Below, one piece after another: positions 39,410-54,290 of a stretch of DNA of 64,000 bases. Source of the DNA: Octopus vulgaris (lineage: Eukaryota); contig OX597818.1 in NCBI GenBank assembly GCA_951406725.2, positions 87,048,001 to 87,112,000 of the forward strand, given 5' to 3'. How positions within the stretch are numbered: the first letter of the stretch is position 1; each line of letters opens with the position of its first letter. The notes beneath the pieces are model-generated. The model had not been told where the DNA came from, searched no databases, and saw only the letters and a program-made list of their open reading frames with translations. The position numbers and the translations under genes were made by a program.

Positions 39410-42400
39410 CTCTTTGTGCATGTGTCAACCACTGCTTGACAACTGGTGTTGGTTTGTTGATATCCCTTTGATTTAGCATTTTAGCAAAAGAGACCTGTAG
39501 AATATGTACCGAGCTTAAGAAGAGTGAACACAAGCAATACAGCTTGGCACCAGTAACATCACAACTCATTTCTACAGCTGAGTGAACTGGAGCAAAGTGA
39601 AATAAAGTGTCTTGCTCAAAAATGCAACACACAGCCCAGTCCGGAAAACGAACTCACTACCTCATGATTGTGAGCCTGAAGCTCTAACCACTGAGCCATG
39701 TGCCTTCATAATGTGTATAGTTTACCCATTACTCATAAGCATGTAGTAAGTAAGTAAGTAAGTAAGTAGTAATATCTCTAGCTGGTGACCAGAAGGGGAG
39801 GCTGTTCTCTCTACCAATCTGCTACTGTGGGTGCCGCTGGATGCCAGACTTTGGTGATAATGTTTTTCCATACTTTCCTTTATCTGTTTCACCCAAGTAT
39901 GGCCTGGTAGCTTATACCATGCTCTTTCACTAATGTTTTAGGTATCTATGTAATCAATCAAGAGCTGACAAGTATCAGGGGTTTTCCCCAGTGCTTGGCT
40001 GGTACTCACTTTTAGCAGAGCAGATGGGAGTAGCATGAAATGAAGTGCTTTCTTCAAGGACACAATGCATTGCTCTGTCTTGGGATCGAACTGACAACCT
40101 TATGATCATAAACCCAACACTCTAGCCCCCAGCTAGAGTGTTGGGTTTAATATATATATGTAGAAAGGTGTTTACTTCCCAATTCCGTGGGTCCTGTTTC
40201 ATTTCCCTTATGTGATACCTTGGGCAAGTGTTTACTACTATAGCTCCTAGCTGGCTAAAACCTTGTGAGTAGATTTGGTAGATGGAAACCGAGAAAAGGT
40301 GGCTCACTGGCAGAAATGTGAGCACGCCGGGCGAAATGCTTAGCGGTATTTCGTATGCTGTTACGTTCTGAGTTCAAATTCCACTGAGGTTGACTTTGTC
40401 TTTCATCTTTCCGAGGTCGATTAATTAAGTACCAGTTACACACTGGGGTTGATGTAATCGACTTAATCCCTTTGTTTGTCCTTGTTTGTCCCCTCTATGT
40501 TTAGCCCCTTGTGGGCAATAAAGAAATAAGATGGAAACTGAAAGAAGCCCATCATATGTGTATCATCACCATCATCACTGTCATTTAACATAGGTTTTCC
40601 ATCCTGGCATGGGTTTGACAGTTTGACCAGAGCTGGCACGGTCAAGAGGCTGTACCTGGCTTCATTGCCTATTCAGGCATGGTTACTATGGATACCTTTC
40701 ACAGAGTGCACTGGGTGCTTTTTATGTGGTACCAGCACCAGTGCTTTTAACATTGTACCAGCCTGAGTGTTTTTTATGTGACATTGTGTCTCCTTGTCTA
40801 GACATCACATGGTAGTTATAAATGAATGTCACTGTCTCATACATGAAGTGTCATTCATTTCCAATATTCTGTGTAAGCAGTTGTGGCTATGAGTGAGGTA
40901 GTCCCTGGTTTGGAAACAAGCGAGGGTTGATGACAGGAAAGGCATCTGGCCACAGAAAATTTGCCTCAAATAAACTCCATCCAACCCATGCAAGCATGGA
41001 AAAATGGATGTTAAATAATAACGATGTGACTGTTAGAACAGGTGTGCCTCATTTATGCCTGGGTATTGTGTTGCGTGTACATGCTGTGACTGGTGCCATC
41101 ATTAGGTGCCTTGTGTATGAAGTATGTTTCTATCTGTTTGTGAAGTCTTGTCTACAAAGTTAAAGCACAAGAGCAAGAGGAAGTTATAATACCACCACCA
41201 CTACCACTATCACCACCATCACCATTGTATCTACTGCTGCCACCACCACCTATTTCTTTCTGCAATTTCTCTGTTCACTACCCTGACCACCACTCCTACT
41301 TCTTGCATAACCTACTCCACCCACACTCACTTGGTCAAGACAAGAACCTGCGTCTCATCAACTCCACCTCTACATGGAGTCCAGTTTCTATAAAAATGTC
41401 ATGTCAGTTTGTTAAACAGAACAGCTCTGCACATACACACACACTCAGATGCAAATGAAATTCAATGCAAACAAACTTAGGCGCAAATGTTCCTGAACAG
41501 AGACACAGATGTAAACCTGCTCAGGTGCAGGCTGACTCAGACACGGGCAGACTCGGACACAGGCAGATTTGGGTGCAGACACAAACACAAACTCAGATGC
41601 AGACAGGCTCAGATGTAGGCAGACTCAGACACAGACACAAGCAGGCTTGGATGCAGACAGACACAGACAGACTTGGATGCAAACGAACAGGCTACGTCAC
41701 AGACCCACTCAGATGCAAACTTAGTGGGACAGAAACCCACTCTGTCACAAATGCACTCGGACACAAATGCACTTTGGTGCAGATGTACTCGGACACAAAT
41801 GCACTCGGATGCAAAGTTATTTGAACACAAATACATTCAGATACAAATGTTACCACGTGTTTGCAAACATGCAACTGTGTGTGGTGCAAACTTGCAAATG
41901 CACAAAATCGTGCAATTACACATAACACGTGCATTCAACACACACACATACACACATGCACTTATTCATGCCAATTCACCTGCACATACACACACACACA
42001 CACAAATACAGACGTGTGTGCATGTACAAGTATACAAACACAAACACGCACCTAGCTTTGTTGGTTTTCTGTATATTCTCAAATAACACCAAGATTGTCA
42101 TAAACACATAGTCTTAGCCTGTTTCTTGCTAGCTTTTCCCATCACCCTCCACCAACAGACACTAGATGATGATGATGATGATGGTGGCGGTGGTCAACCC
42201 TTGTACCACCACCACCACCATCATCATCGCGACAGAGTATACTGAAGCCTATTGCAGCTACTGCTACAACTGTTGGTGTTGTTGTTGCTACTGTACCTTC
42301 TAGAGGTGAACTAGCATGCAATTGTCTTCAAAGAGAGGATAAAAAGCCCTCTTTTAAAAACCACTCCCCATGCAAAGGTAATCCACAAACTTCTTTTCTT

Positions 42401-43979
42401 GCTTTCTTTCGCTTGCTTGCCTGTTTCTTTTCTTTCTTCTTCTCTCTTCTCTTTCTTTTTTCTTTCTTTCTTTTTCTTCTCGTTTTCTCTTTTCTCCCCC
42501 CCACCCCCCGAGGACAAGGGTCGTTAATGCATGATGACTCGTTATCTGCTTGTCGACTCCGTGCATTGTTGTTGAGATTAACTCCCTGAGACTCTGAGTG
42601 TGTGTGTGTGAGTGAGTCTATTTTGTATATGCGTGTACCTTTATCCATGTATGGATGCATGTATGTCATTTCTGGGTGTGTTGCTCTATGTGTATACGTG
42701 TTTCTGCTTTCGTATCCATGTATCTGTGTGTGTGTGTGTATGTTGCTGTATCTGTGTGATGGGTATATGTATGTCATTTCTATATGAGAGCCGATGTGTG
42801 TCTATGCATCTATAAGTATGTCTTCTGGCATTTGTATACATATATTCATATATATATGTGTGTGTGTGTGTGTTTAAATACATCTTATAAACGTTGTATG
42901 ATGTTTATAAGATGTATTTAATTTTTACGTATGACAAAACAGCTTATGTATACAGCCCGTACTGGAAGAAACTCGGCAAAGTAAAATGGCTCAAACTATT
43001 TTTATTGCATACCATTTAGAGTGGATGTCACCTTTTTTTACCCCTCTGCAAAAAAATTTTCTTTAATTCGCTTTGCGAGAAGGACTGTTTCAATGTAGTC
43101 GTGTTCTGCCCTTACCTTCGAAACAGGGGCAGCTGAAGAAGGGGAATGTCCCTTGTGTTGTTTGTCTTGTACTCTGTTTTTTCATTGTTAAAGGTTTGAA
43201 AATGCAATTTAAAAGATGTTTATTCACTTGACCGGTTTCACTATTTTAGAAAAAGATTGTCAAAAGTAAAATATAAAAGCTTTGTAAAAGCTTTGCTGTG
43301 TTAAGTACTGGTTGTCACAAAATATTACAATACATATATACATTCTTTGATAATAATAAGAAAATGTTAAAAACAGTTTACAAGGAAAATCTTGAAAATA
43401 TTAAAACGTTCATTAAAAATATTAGGATTTCATTAAAAATATGATTGTCAAAAGTAAAATGTGAAAGCTTTGTTGTGTTAAGTACTGGTTGTCACAAAAT
43501 ATAGGTAACATAACCAGATTGATGGATATGTTTATGTCTGTGTGTTTATATATCTGTACAAACATGTCATGTATGTATATGTGTATATGTTTTTTCTATG
43601 TTTGTGTGTGTATGTAATGATATATATATATATGTCATGGATTGCATAGCTGAACAGTAGAGAGCACTAAACCGGAGTTTGATAGGTACGGTGTTCCATT
43701 CTCTGTAGGAGCCTGCTAGCTACTTTTTTGTCCAATCCATGCCAGCATAGAAAACAGATGTTAAAGGAAGAAGAAGAGGATAACAATGATGATGATTTGT
43801 GTGTGTGTGTGTGTGTTTGCATGTAGATTTAAAATAGTTAATCTATACTTTTTAAGCATTTCCTTTTTTTTTCCCTTTATCTCTGGTTTTCTAAAGGTGT
43901 GTTACACATAACTATTTATACACACACACATGAATACAGTCTTTGCTTTTATTTATGTTTGGAAGAATTTCAACTATAT

Positions 43980-44745
43980 CTATGTATCTATCCATCCATC
44001 TATCTATCCCTCTGTCTGTCCATCCTGCCATCTATCTATCCCTCTTTTTGTCCATCCAGCTATTTATCTATTCCTCTGTCTATTCATCCGTCCATCTATC
44101 TATCCCTCTGTCTGTCCATCCGTCCATCTATCTATCCCTCTGTCAGTCCATCCTGCCATCTATCTATCCCTCTGTCTGTCCATCCGTCCATCTATCTATC
44201 CCTCTGTCTGTCCATCCATCCATCCATCTATCTATCTATCCCTCTGTCTGTCCATCCTGCCATCTATCTATCTCTCTGTCTATCCATCCTGCCATCTATC
44301 TATCCCTCTGTCTGTCCATCCATCTATCTATCCCTCTGTCTGTCCATCGGTCCATCTATCTATCTCTGTCTGTCCATCCGTCCATCTATCTATCTCTCTG
44401 TTTGTCCATCCATCCATCAATCTATCCCTCTGTCTGTCCATCCGTCCATCTATCTATCCCTCTGTCTGTCCATCCGTCCATCTATCTATCCCTCTGTCAG
44501 TCCATCCTGCCATCTATCTATCCCTCTGTCTGTCCATCCGTCCATCTATCTATCCCTCTGTCTGTCCATCCATCTATCTATCTATCCCTCTGTCTGTCCA
44601 TCGGTCCATCTATCTATCTCTCTGTCTATCCATCCTGCCATCTATCTATCCCTCTGTCTGTCCATCCGTCCATCTATCCATCCCTTTGTCTGTCCATACA
44701 TCCATCTATCTATCCATCCATCTGTCTGTTTGCCTGCCTGTCTGT
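43980..44745. repeat. Higher-order minisatellite (unit of about 32 nt built from TCCA/TCTA/TCTG)
   Basis: Repeated tccatctatctatccctctgtctgtccatcc(g/t); it explains the three long low-complexity ORFs at 43899-44997. Confidence 0.9.
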
Positions 44746-45492
44746 CTAATCTATTGGTTGATGCCTCCCTATTGTTTATGCATGTGCACTCCCCATGGAG
44801 GGATGTTTATATACAGTCTATATACACACACAACTGATATGCTATACAAACACTTTGCTACCCTCTTGATGTTTGTACATTTGCTACATAAATGTATAAA
44901 ATTTATATACACTTTGTGTTGCTGGCTATACAGCTGCTGTATACACATATACACTCTTTACCAGTTACTTTATGCATGTCTCCCTCTTGGAGTCTAAAGA
45001 GATATATATACACTCTCTCAGTACTCTCGGGTGTATAGCTGATCTATATACCCAACAGTATAAATCTATGCAATCTCTGGTTTTGTGTATAATAGTTGCT
45101 TTATATATACTCTCTTGTTGATTATGCTGTGTGTACACACTTGCTATATACATGCCTATTCTCTGTACCTCTTGATATATAGTTGATTTATATACACATA
45201 TGCAATACCTAGTGTTCCTTGTATATTAATCTTTTATACATACTCTCTAGTTTTATATATATATGGATTCAGTATTTTAAAGTTTCTTATAATTGATTTA
45301 TATAAACATTTTCACAATCCTTTTTTATTATTTATTTTCATTATACAAACTCTCCTATAGATATTGTCTATATTTTTTGCTTGCTATATATTTTTTATTG
45401 GTTATAAGGTAGGGTATAAAGTCTATATATACACATTCATTCTGCACATTGGTTTTGTGTGTGTGTCTGGTCTATCTATTTATATATCTATT

Positions 45493-45540
<48 letters not shown>

Positions 45541-45544
<4 letters not shown>

Positions 45545-45847
45545 ATGTGACCAACCAGGCCATCAGATATTGCTACGCATCGCTGGTCACAATGCGCTTT
45601 GCATTGTTTTTTTAGCCTTCACTGACGCCACCCCGATGGCTAAGCGAGCAGGCCAACACAGAAGAAAGAGTGAGAGAAAGTTGTAGTGAAAGAGTACAGC
45701 AAGGATGACCACCACCCGCTGCTGGAGCCTTGTGGAGCTTTAGGTGTTTTCGCTCAATAAACACTCACAATGCTGGGTATGGGAATCGAAACCGCGATCC
45801 TACGACCGCGAGTCCGCTGCCCTAACCACTGGGCCATTATGCCTCCA
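45541..45847 (-). mobile_element. Young tRNA-derived SINE family F
   Basis: Minus strand shows A box TGGCCCAGTGGTTAG, B box GGTTTCGATTCCC, retained CpGs, and a 3' hairpin TGTGACCA...TGGTCACA running into (TA)n. Confidence 0.75.
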
Positions 45848-46551
45848 CACACACACATATGTGTTTGGAAAGAAAACAGAGATATACAATTGTCAATTCA
45901 AAAATTATAATTTATTAACATAATATTATGTTATATTCTGTTAATGATATAATATGATTTAATATAATAAATATTAAATACAAATTACATTCAATTGTTT
46001 TGATTCTTACCCATAATAAAATTATAAAAATCCATTGTTTGTGAGTAAGAATATTTTCAGTGTATATATACCCATGCGAATTGTAAAGTTTTTCTCTACT
46101 AAATAGGGTATTAAACAGTTGAGCCAGTGAAAAATTAGATGTTTTCATCCCTGTTTTCCTTGTATTGGATTTAATTCAATATAATATGTATGTGTGTATA
46201 CACCTTTAGAGTTGATGCTGTATATTGCCTTTGTGAATGTATGTAATGTAGGTATGTGCACATGTGTGTGTGTGTATTCTATCTACCTATATATATATAT
46301 ATATATATATATATGTAAATCTTTTGCTACTTTATTTTGTCCTTTTGTCTTCTCTCCTGGTGCTATATGAACATTTAATGTGGTTTTAGAGTCAAGTTTT
46401 GGCTGCTATTTCCAGCGTGGTGGTATCTCTTAGATACCCTAAATCATAATTTATATATATGTATATATATATATATATATACACACACACATATATATAG
46501 ACACTCACTCACATGCACATATATAAATACTTATATATACATATATAAATA

Positions 46552-46599
<48 letters not shown>

Positions 46600-47433
46600 T
46601 TTTACTTGTGAAAACCTACGTACACATGCACACACATGTTAATATAAATACCGCTGCACCAATTCAGAAAAAAAACATGCATACACACACATGCACGCGC
46701 ACACGCAAATATCGTTCAGTTGCCAAAACTATGTCAGCGTTGTCATGGTAGCTAACCAGTCATGCTCCGCCACCTGTAGCCTGCACCACCCACTGCATCT
46801 TATCAGCATCGGATATAGCCTCAAAGCTCTGGGTCCTGACCACCACGAGTACCATGACGACGACAACGACCACCACCATCACAGCTTAAATGAAGCAACG
46901 TTGGCATTCATGGTTTTGGAGTTTATTTTCCCTATGCTACCCTCCCACTCCTTTACCATCTTTTTATTTTTGCTTCCCAGACTCCCTCCCTCTCTCTCAT
47001 CTCATCTCATCTTTCTTCTCTTTCTCCTTGGTCCAGTTACACCCTTTTCCACCCCCATTATATTGGCCTACATCATATCTGTGCAAGTGTGTGTGTGTGT
47101 GATTTAGTTTCATTATGTTACATATTACTTCGAGCCCAACCCTTACCAGCAGGTAACATTGTTAGATGATGATAATGAGAGTACTATTGTTATGTACTAT
47201 AGAGTACCATTATTATTACAATGAGTACCTTCTCTGTGTTAGAGTACCATTATTACACATTACATAGAATGCTGTTGTTATATATTATATAGAGTACCTT
47301 TAGACTACCTTTGTTATATATTATTGTACCTTTACTATATATTACATAGAGTAACGTTATTTATTACTGTGAGTATCTTTATTATACATATGTATAGTAC
47401 TGTTATATATTACATAGATTACTTTTATCATAA

Positions 47434-47816
47434 ACTAGTAGTATCACCCGGCGTTGCTCAGGTTTGTTTCGACCCTTTAGAATTGGAATTTTTGAAAAGT
47501 AAAAATTTTGCATTATGTCGCTTGTTATTCTCTTTAAGTTAACATTTTTCTAGTTGAAATACACCGAAACTGGCGACAGAGCAGTAAAAAAATCGTAAGA
47601 AATAAGGATTTTCATAGAAAAAAAGCACCTTTTTGATGTAAATAATTTTTGGTGTTAACATGGTCCGATTTGAATTTTTTCTTCTACAGAAGGAAGAGCA
47701 AGCCTTCTTCTCTCAATTTTGGTCAACTTGTGCCGCAGGGTCTCAGAGGAGATAGTGTTAGTTGAAGGCTACCAAACCGGCCATACACAGACAACTTCAG
47801 CTTTATTTATATATAG
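47434..47816 (-). mobile_element. Non-autonomous Helitron-like element
   Basis: Minus-strand 3' end CTAGT with an imperfect subterminal hairpin (cccggcgttgctcagg on +). The other end, cagaca...ctttatttatatatag, is typical of Helitron/HINE 5' termini. Confidence 0.7.
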
Positions 47817-48059
47817 CGATTTCATTGATATCGATCGGTGTCCAATGATGACAAAGTCTGTGTTCTCAGTGATGAGCATGGATGTTACTCCGCAGTCCAA
47901 AGCTGGAAGTGCACAGGCACCCACAGATGTCAGAGCAACATTCTGTTGAGTGGACTGAGGTGGACACTGCCCTGAGACGTTTTTCTCTTGCAACATCAAG
48001 ACACGGTGGCCAGTCCTCTTCAAAGGTACATAGAGTACTGTGATTATATATTACATGAA

Positions 48060-48287
48060 GGCGAGCTGGCAGAAATGTTAGCACGCCGGGCAAGATACTT
48101 AGCGGTATTTCATCTGCCGTTATGTTCTGAGTTCAAATTCCACCGAGGTCGACTTTGCCTTTCATCCTTACGGGGTCGATAAATAAAGTACCAGTTTCGC
48201 ACTGGGGTCAATGTAATCAACTTAATCCCTTTGTCTGTCCTTGTTTGTCCCCTCTATGTTTAGCCCCCTTGTGGGCAGTAAAGAAAT
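48060..48287 (+). mobile_element. SINE family A with a TSD
   Basis: Full copy flanked by the direct repeat tatatattacatgaag. Confidence 0.85.
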
Positions 48288-48326
48288 ATATATATTACAT
48301 GAAGTACCATTATCATATATCAGTGA

Positions 48327-48667
48327 AGGCACATGGCTCAGTGGTTAGTGCATCGGGTTCGCAATCATGAGGTAGTGAGTTCAATTCCCAGACCTGGCTG
48401 TGTGTTCTTGAGCAAGACACTTTACTTCATCTTATTGCTCCCAATTCACTCAGCTGTAGAAATGAATTGCAACTTCATTGGTGCCAAGCTGTATCAACCT
48501 TTGCCCGTCACTTTGAAAACATTGGTGGCATGGAGAGGCAAGGATGGTATGCACAGGCAGGTATTGGTCTTCCATAAATTACCTTGCCTGGACTTGTGCC
48601 TCAGCAGGTAACTTCTTAGGTGTAATTCTATGGTCATTCATAACTGAAGGGGCTCTTTATCTTTACC
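48327..48667 (+). mobile_element. tRNA-derived SINE family E
   Basis: A box tggctcagtggttag, B box gagttcaattcc and 3' end ...ggtcattcat(g)actgaagggg..tcttta. Other copies lie at about 53188-53540, 56490-56840, 59965-60285 and, antisense, 39510-39710. Confidence 0.8.
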
Positions 48668-49669
48668 TGTTATATATCAAATAAAGTACTACTAGTGTAT
48701 CTTATATCATAAAGACCCCCTTCAGTCATGAATGACCATAGGGTTGCACCTGAAAAGTTACCCTTTGAGACACAAGTTCAGACAAGGTTGTTTATACAAA
48801 AGGCATGACTCCTTACCAGGTGGGCTACACTACTAAAAATCTTCAAGGTAATTTTTTCATTTGGCATACCATTTCAAAGGTTCTGCAAGCCACAGTTTGC
48901 TTATGACTAGTGTAAAATGTGATGGTAACTTGAGGGAGGGAACTGTAAAACATTAGCTACATGAAGAGTTACTGCCTCCCTAAATTCACTAGCACTATGT
49001 CAGTGGCCCCGAGAAAGAAATCTCTCATGATATATTGGCCAACATATGTCTCAGGAGCAAATGCACAGTGTACACCAATTGAACCATGAGGGTAACTGAA
49101 AAAAATATAAAAAACAAAATGGTAAAATGTTAGCTACATGGCGACACTATTATCATGTGCCTAACTTTACTGGCATCGTACCAATGACCTTCTGAAATAT
49201 AAGAGATTTTTCTGTCTCACCCTGTACTATGTCAGTATAAACAGAGAAATGGTCAAAGCTGGAGTGTTATTGATCATAGGTCAGCTTTATAAGGACTGAT
49301 ATGGGGTGTGGCAACTACAATGTGTATTGTATATAAACTTGTTACCAGTTCAAATAAATGTGAGACATATTCAAACCTATTAGAAAGCCATTCACTGCGT
49401 ATTGTGACGGCTAATCTGTATTTTAATGTGTATTTTTGGTAATTATACCCAAATATTGTCATGTATAAATGGACTGAAACGTCATCAAGTTCTGTACCAT
49501 TCTTTGGCCATGAATCAATAGCTGAAATGAATTATTACAAAGAAGAATGTGAACAAAATAGGTTTAACATCTGTTTTTCAACATTGACATGTGTCAGACC
49601 AACCTTCTATTACAGTATATCTTCACAACACTTCATACTGAGACTGTACCATTTACTGTAATGCCCAGT

Positions 49670-50050
49670 ATCTTTTCTACTCTAGGCACAAGGCCTGAAA
49701 TTTTGGGGGAGGGGACCAGTCGATTAGATCGACCCCAGTAAGCAATTGGTACTTAGTTTATCGACCCTGAAAGGATGAAAGGCAAAATCGACCTTGGCAG
49801 AATTTGAACTCAGAACGTAAAGACAGACGAAATACCACTAAGCATTTCACCTGGTATGCTAACATTTCTGGTAGCTCACTGCCTTAAATATTCTTTTCTA
49901 CTTTGAGCACAAGGCCCAAAATTTTGGGGGAAGAGGGCCTGTCGATTATATCAACCCCTAGTATGCAACTGGTACTTAATTTATCAACCCTGAAAGGATG
50001 AAAGGCAAAGTCGACCTCGGCGGAATTTGAACTCAGAACGTAAAGACAAA
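49670..50050 (-). mobile_element. SINE family A, two antisense copies
   Basis: Reverse complement of the family A head and central domain. Confidence 0.8.
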
Positions 50051-50469
50051 CAAAACAAAAATGCTCAATATTTTGAGCCTGAACACACTACTTTCATATC
50101 TTATAATATTTCTCTTACTACAACTTACACATACACACTCACTGTCTGACCCTTTTCTGCAGAGCACTTCACTACCCAATTTTTATTACATGTACAAACC
50201 AACACAGAATTTCAAAATGTATTGTGTGTGTGTGTGTCCATTATGTGTTTAGGAAAATTCACAAATCATTGTCACAGAGGTCAGTAAACCCCAAAATAAT
50301 TCTATATAAGTTAAAGATAACTGTAAAGCAAGTAGTTGTACTTTGCACATTGAATGTTTTAGCAAAGAAACTCTGCCTTTACAAATTCATGATACACACA
50401 CTCACTCACTCATACATACATACATACATGCATGCATACTTACATTCATACATGTCTGTGTACATATAT

Positions 50470-50675
50470 ACTCTTTTTACTCTTTTACTTGTTTCAGTCA
50501 TTTGACTGCAGCCATGCTGGAGCACCGCCTTTAGTTGAGCAAATCGACCCCATGACTTATTCTTTGTAAGCCTAGTACTTATTCTATCGGTCTCTTTTGC
50601 GGAACGACTAAGTTACGGGGACGTAAACACACTAGCATTGGTTGTCAAGCGATGTTGGGGGGACAAACACACACC

Positions 50676-50708
<33 letters not shown>

Positions 50709-50868
50709 GATGGGCTTCTTTCAGTTTCCATCTAACCAAATCCACTCACAAGGCTTTGGTCGGCCTGAGGCTATAGTAGAAGACACTTGCCCAAGGTGCC
50801 ACACAATGGGACTGAACCCGAAACCATGTGGTTGGTAAGCAAGCTACTTACCACACAGCCACTCCTGC
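50470..50868 (-). mobile_element. SINE family B, antisense
   Basis: Full-length reverse-complement copy. Confidence 0.85.
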
Positions 50869-52347
50869 GTGTATTCTGCAGTACTATCACTAGTGTAACC
50901 CATAATTTCTTTGTAAATGTGTGTATATAACTGTTTGAATGTATACATATGTTCTTGTCTGTGTGTGTGTGTATACATGCATTCACAATAATAAGTGGAC
51001 AGTTGGTTAAATGCACATAATGGTCTACTTTGGTAACCAAGTGAATACCTTCTGTTCCCATTGACCATACAAAGTGCAGACAATATGTGTAGTTGTCTGT
51101 CTGTTCATGCATGCGCATGCGAGTGTATGCGTGCATATGAGTTTGTGTACACATTTCCAAAAACCATGTTGTGGTTTATTGTAAGAATTAGTTATGGGTA
51201 GATTGCTACAAGGTTTGCCTGCCTTGGCAAGGAGTGGGCAGTTGTTACAGGTGTGGGTGGTGGAGTGGAACAGGTGTGGGTGGGTGGGTAGTGTTAACCT
51301 GGCCAGTTGGTTTAATTGGATTGGCGCCTTGCCACCAAAGGTCAACATGGCACCGTGCCAGACAGGGTAGTTTGGAAACCTTCAAGGAGTTGGTTCTTAA
51401 TAAAAATGTTGATTCCATTTTATTACTTTCTTTTGTGTGTGTGTGTGTGTGTGTGCGCGTTTGTTTATGTATGTATGTATGTATATGCATGTGTAGGCAT
51501 ACATGCATATGTTGTTTGTGTGTGTGTATGTCTGTAGGCATACATGCATGTTTGTGTATGTGCATGCATGTGTGTAGGCATACATGCATATGTGTTCATG
51601 TATATGTGTATAGGCATACATGCATGTGTGTTCATGTGTGTGTGTGTAGGCATACATGCATATGTTTATGTATCTATGTGCACATGTGTGTGTAGGCATA
51701 CATGCATGTATGTGTATGTGGTATATGTGCATGTGGGTGTGGGTGTATATGTATGCATGCATGTGTAGGTATGTGTGTTTGTGTATGTTTAAAAATGTAT
51801 GTGTATGCATGTGGGTGTAGGTTTGTATGCATGTGTGGATAGGCGTACCTGCATGTATGTTTGTGCATATATGTATGTATTGGTATAAGTGTATGTGGTT
51901 GTATGTATGCGTGTGTTGGTATGTGTGTATGCATGTATGTGTGTGTGTATCATTACATATATAGTTGTACATATGTCAGTGTATCTAGGCACTTGAATAT
52001 AGATGTCAGCGCCGTTTAACCCTAGGTCACTACTGATCCAGCAGAAATATAAGCTAACATATTCCAACCACATTCATCATCATTTAACATCTGCTTTCTA
52101 TGCTGGCATGGGTTGGATAGTTTGACATGGCGCAGTTCCATATTACAATACATTATTCTATCTTATGACTGTTGAGTGTAGTTTATGAGAGATTTAGTTG
52201 CTGTTTCTACCAAACAGAATGACCACACACAAGCTCCCTTGCAGACTCTTATCATTAAATGTATAGTTGCATTTCTGTGTGAGTGCATGTGTGTGTGTAT
52301 ATGTATATATGATTACAAAGGTGTATGTATGTGTATTGGCATATGAT

Positions 52348-52735
52348 TACTCTTTTATTTGTTTCAGTCATTTGACTGCGGCCATGCTGGAGCACCGCCT
52401 TTAATCGAGCAACTCGACCCTGGGACTTATTCTTTTTGTAAGCCCAGTACTTATTCTGTCGGTCTCTTTTGCCGAACCGCTAAGTTACGGAGACATAAAT
52501 ACACCAGCATCGGTTGTCAAGCAATGCTAGGGGGACAAACACACACACGCATATATATATATGTACATATATACGACGGGCTTCTTTTCAGTTTCTGTCT
52601 ACCAAATCCACTCACAAGGCTTTGGTCGGCCCGAGGCTATAGTAGAAGACACTTGCCCAAGGTGCCATGCAGTGGGACTGAACCCGGAACCATGTGGTTG
52701 GTAAGCAGGCTACTTACCACACAGCCACTCCTGTG
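52348..52735 (-). mobile_element. SINE family B, antisense, CpG-rich (young)
   Basis: Full-length reverse-complement copy. Confidence 0.85.
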
Positions 52736-52756
52736 CCTTTATTGATTGTATATAAG

Positions 52757-52789
<33 letters not shown>

Positions 52790-53187
52790 TGCATTTCTTA
52801 TATATTTCTCTGTGTGTGTATTCACCATTGAATATATGGACAAATACAAGTGTGTGTGTGTGTTTCCAACAATTTCCTGCAAGTTTGTATTTCGCTACAT
52901 CAGGTGAAGTCCTGTGTTTCCAAAAACATATTGATGCAGACGTGGCTTTGTGGTAAGAAGCTTCCTTCCCAACCTCATGATTCAGGGTTCAGTCCCACTG
53001 CGTAGCACCTTGGGTAAGTGTCTTCTATAGCCTTGGTCTAAATATTATCTGTGGGGACAGTGTAACAGCTACTTTTCCATTCTTGTATGAATAAGGAGTT
53101 TATGAGCCAGATTTTCTACAGCTGGATGCCGTTTCTTTTGCGATAAACTCCACCTGTTTCCCAAAAAGGTAATATTTCTCCATTGTG

Positions 53188-53540
53188 AAGGTGTATGGCT
53201 CAGTGGTTAGAGCATCAGGCTCACAATCAAAAAGTAGTGAGTTCTATTCCCGGACCAGTCAGTATGTTGTGTTCTTGAGCAAGTCACTTTTTCACATTAC
53301 TCCAGTCCTCTCAGCCGTAGAAATTAATTGTGATGTCACTGGTGCCAAGCTATATCAGTCTTTGCTTTTCACTTGGATAACATCAGTGGCATGGAGAGTG
53401 GAGGCTGGTATGCACAGGTGACCATTGGTCTTCTGTAAAACTACTTTGCCTGGACTTGTGACTCGAAGGGTAAATTTCTGGGTGTACTCCCTTTGTCATT
53501 CATGACTGAAGGGAGTCTTTACCATTTACGATTTACCCTT
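53188..53540 (+). mobile_element. SINE family E
   Basis: Co-linear with 48327-48667. Confidence 0.8.
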
Positions 53541-53850
53541 TAATATTTTTCTATAGTTAAACAAAATATCAGAGATGAATGACACTGCTTATATGGCAGT
53601 GACAATCATTTACAACTATCATGTGATAAGTCAATGATACACAAGCACACACACACACTCACACACACATACATACATGATGGGATTCTTTCAATTTCTA
53701 TCTACCAAATTTAACAAAACTTTGATTTGGTGCTATAGAAGACGTTTGTCCAAGGTGCCCTGCAACAAGACTGAACCTGAAACAATGTGGCTGGGATCAA
53801 ACTTACCACACATCTACGCCTATACCCATAATATATATATATATATATAC

Positions 53851-54290
53851 ACGAGCAAAATGCCCCCCCCCCCCGTCCAATGGACGGTGCTGAGTTGTCA
53901 AACATTTAAACCAAATTTTCTCAAAACAAACTTGTCCGACCATCCCATAGGCCTCCCCTTTGAGAAACACTGAGTTAACCTAAATTTGAGACACCAGCAG
54001 AAGAAGAAATAAAGATAGACTTTTTTTCTATTCCAAAGAAAAACGATTTTATTCACACAACGCATAGTCTCAATTACAACAGCTGATGTACTTGTGCGTA
54101 CAAGTGCACGTCCCCACGGCTTTATCAATCGCATTCTCACCTGAAATCGTTTTTTGTAATTTTTTCAAAACTTATACACACCCTTATACCGTCGGTATCT
54201 ATATATCAAATTTGAGCGCAATCGGATGGAAGATGCCAGAGATCCTAAGAAGACAACACACACAGACAGAACAGATTTTATATAATATAT
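53851..54290 (-). mobile_element. Second non-autonomous Helitron-like element
   Basis: acgag (decayed actag) followed by the perfect hairpin CCGTCC-AAT-GGACGG at 53873-53887. The other end is cagacagaacagattttatataatatat. Confidence 0.55.

Noticed and set aside
42500-42600. Intronic pre-miRNA
   Set aside because: Only a short imperfect stem (AATGCA/TGCATT), too little pairing for a Drosha substrate.
43068-43200. Another hammerhead (GAAGG...CCTTC-GAAAC)
   Set aside because: There is no CUGANGA upstream of the stem and no stem III or stem I pairing; at most an unclassifiable repeat relic.
43899-44997. Long ORFs of 268-355 aa
   Set aside because: They are translations of a stop-free TCCA/TCTA minisatellite in all three frames, with no domain content.
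45770-45847. Genuine tRNA gene
   Set aside because: A and B boxes are present, but the acceptor stem is poor and the sequence continues into a SINE body and tail. The same applies to the other tRNA-like heads.
49470-49500. GAAACGTC hammerhead half-motif
   Set aside because: No matching CTGANGA and stem II were found upstream.
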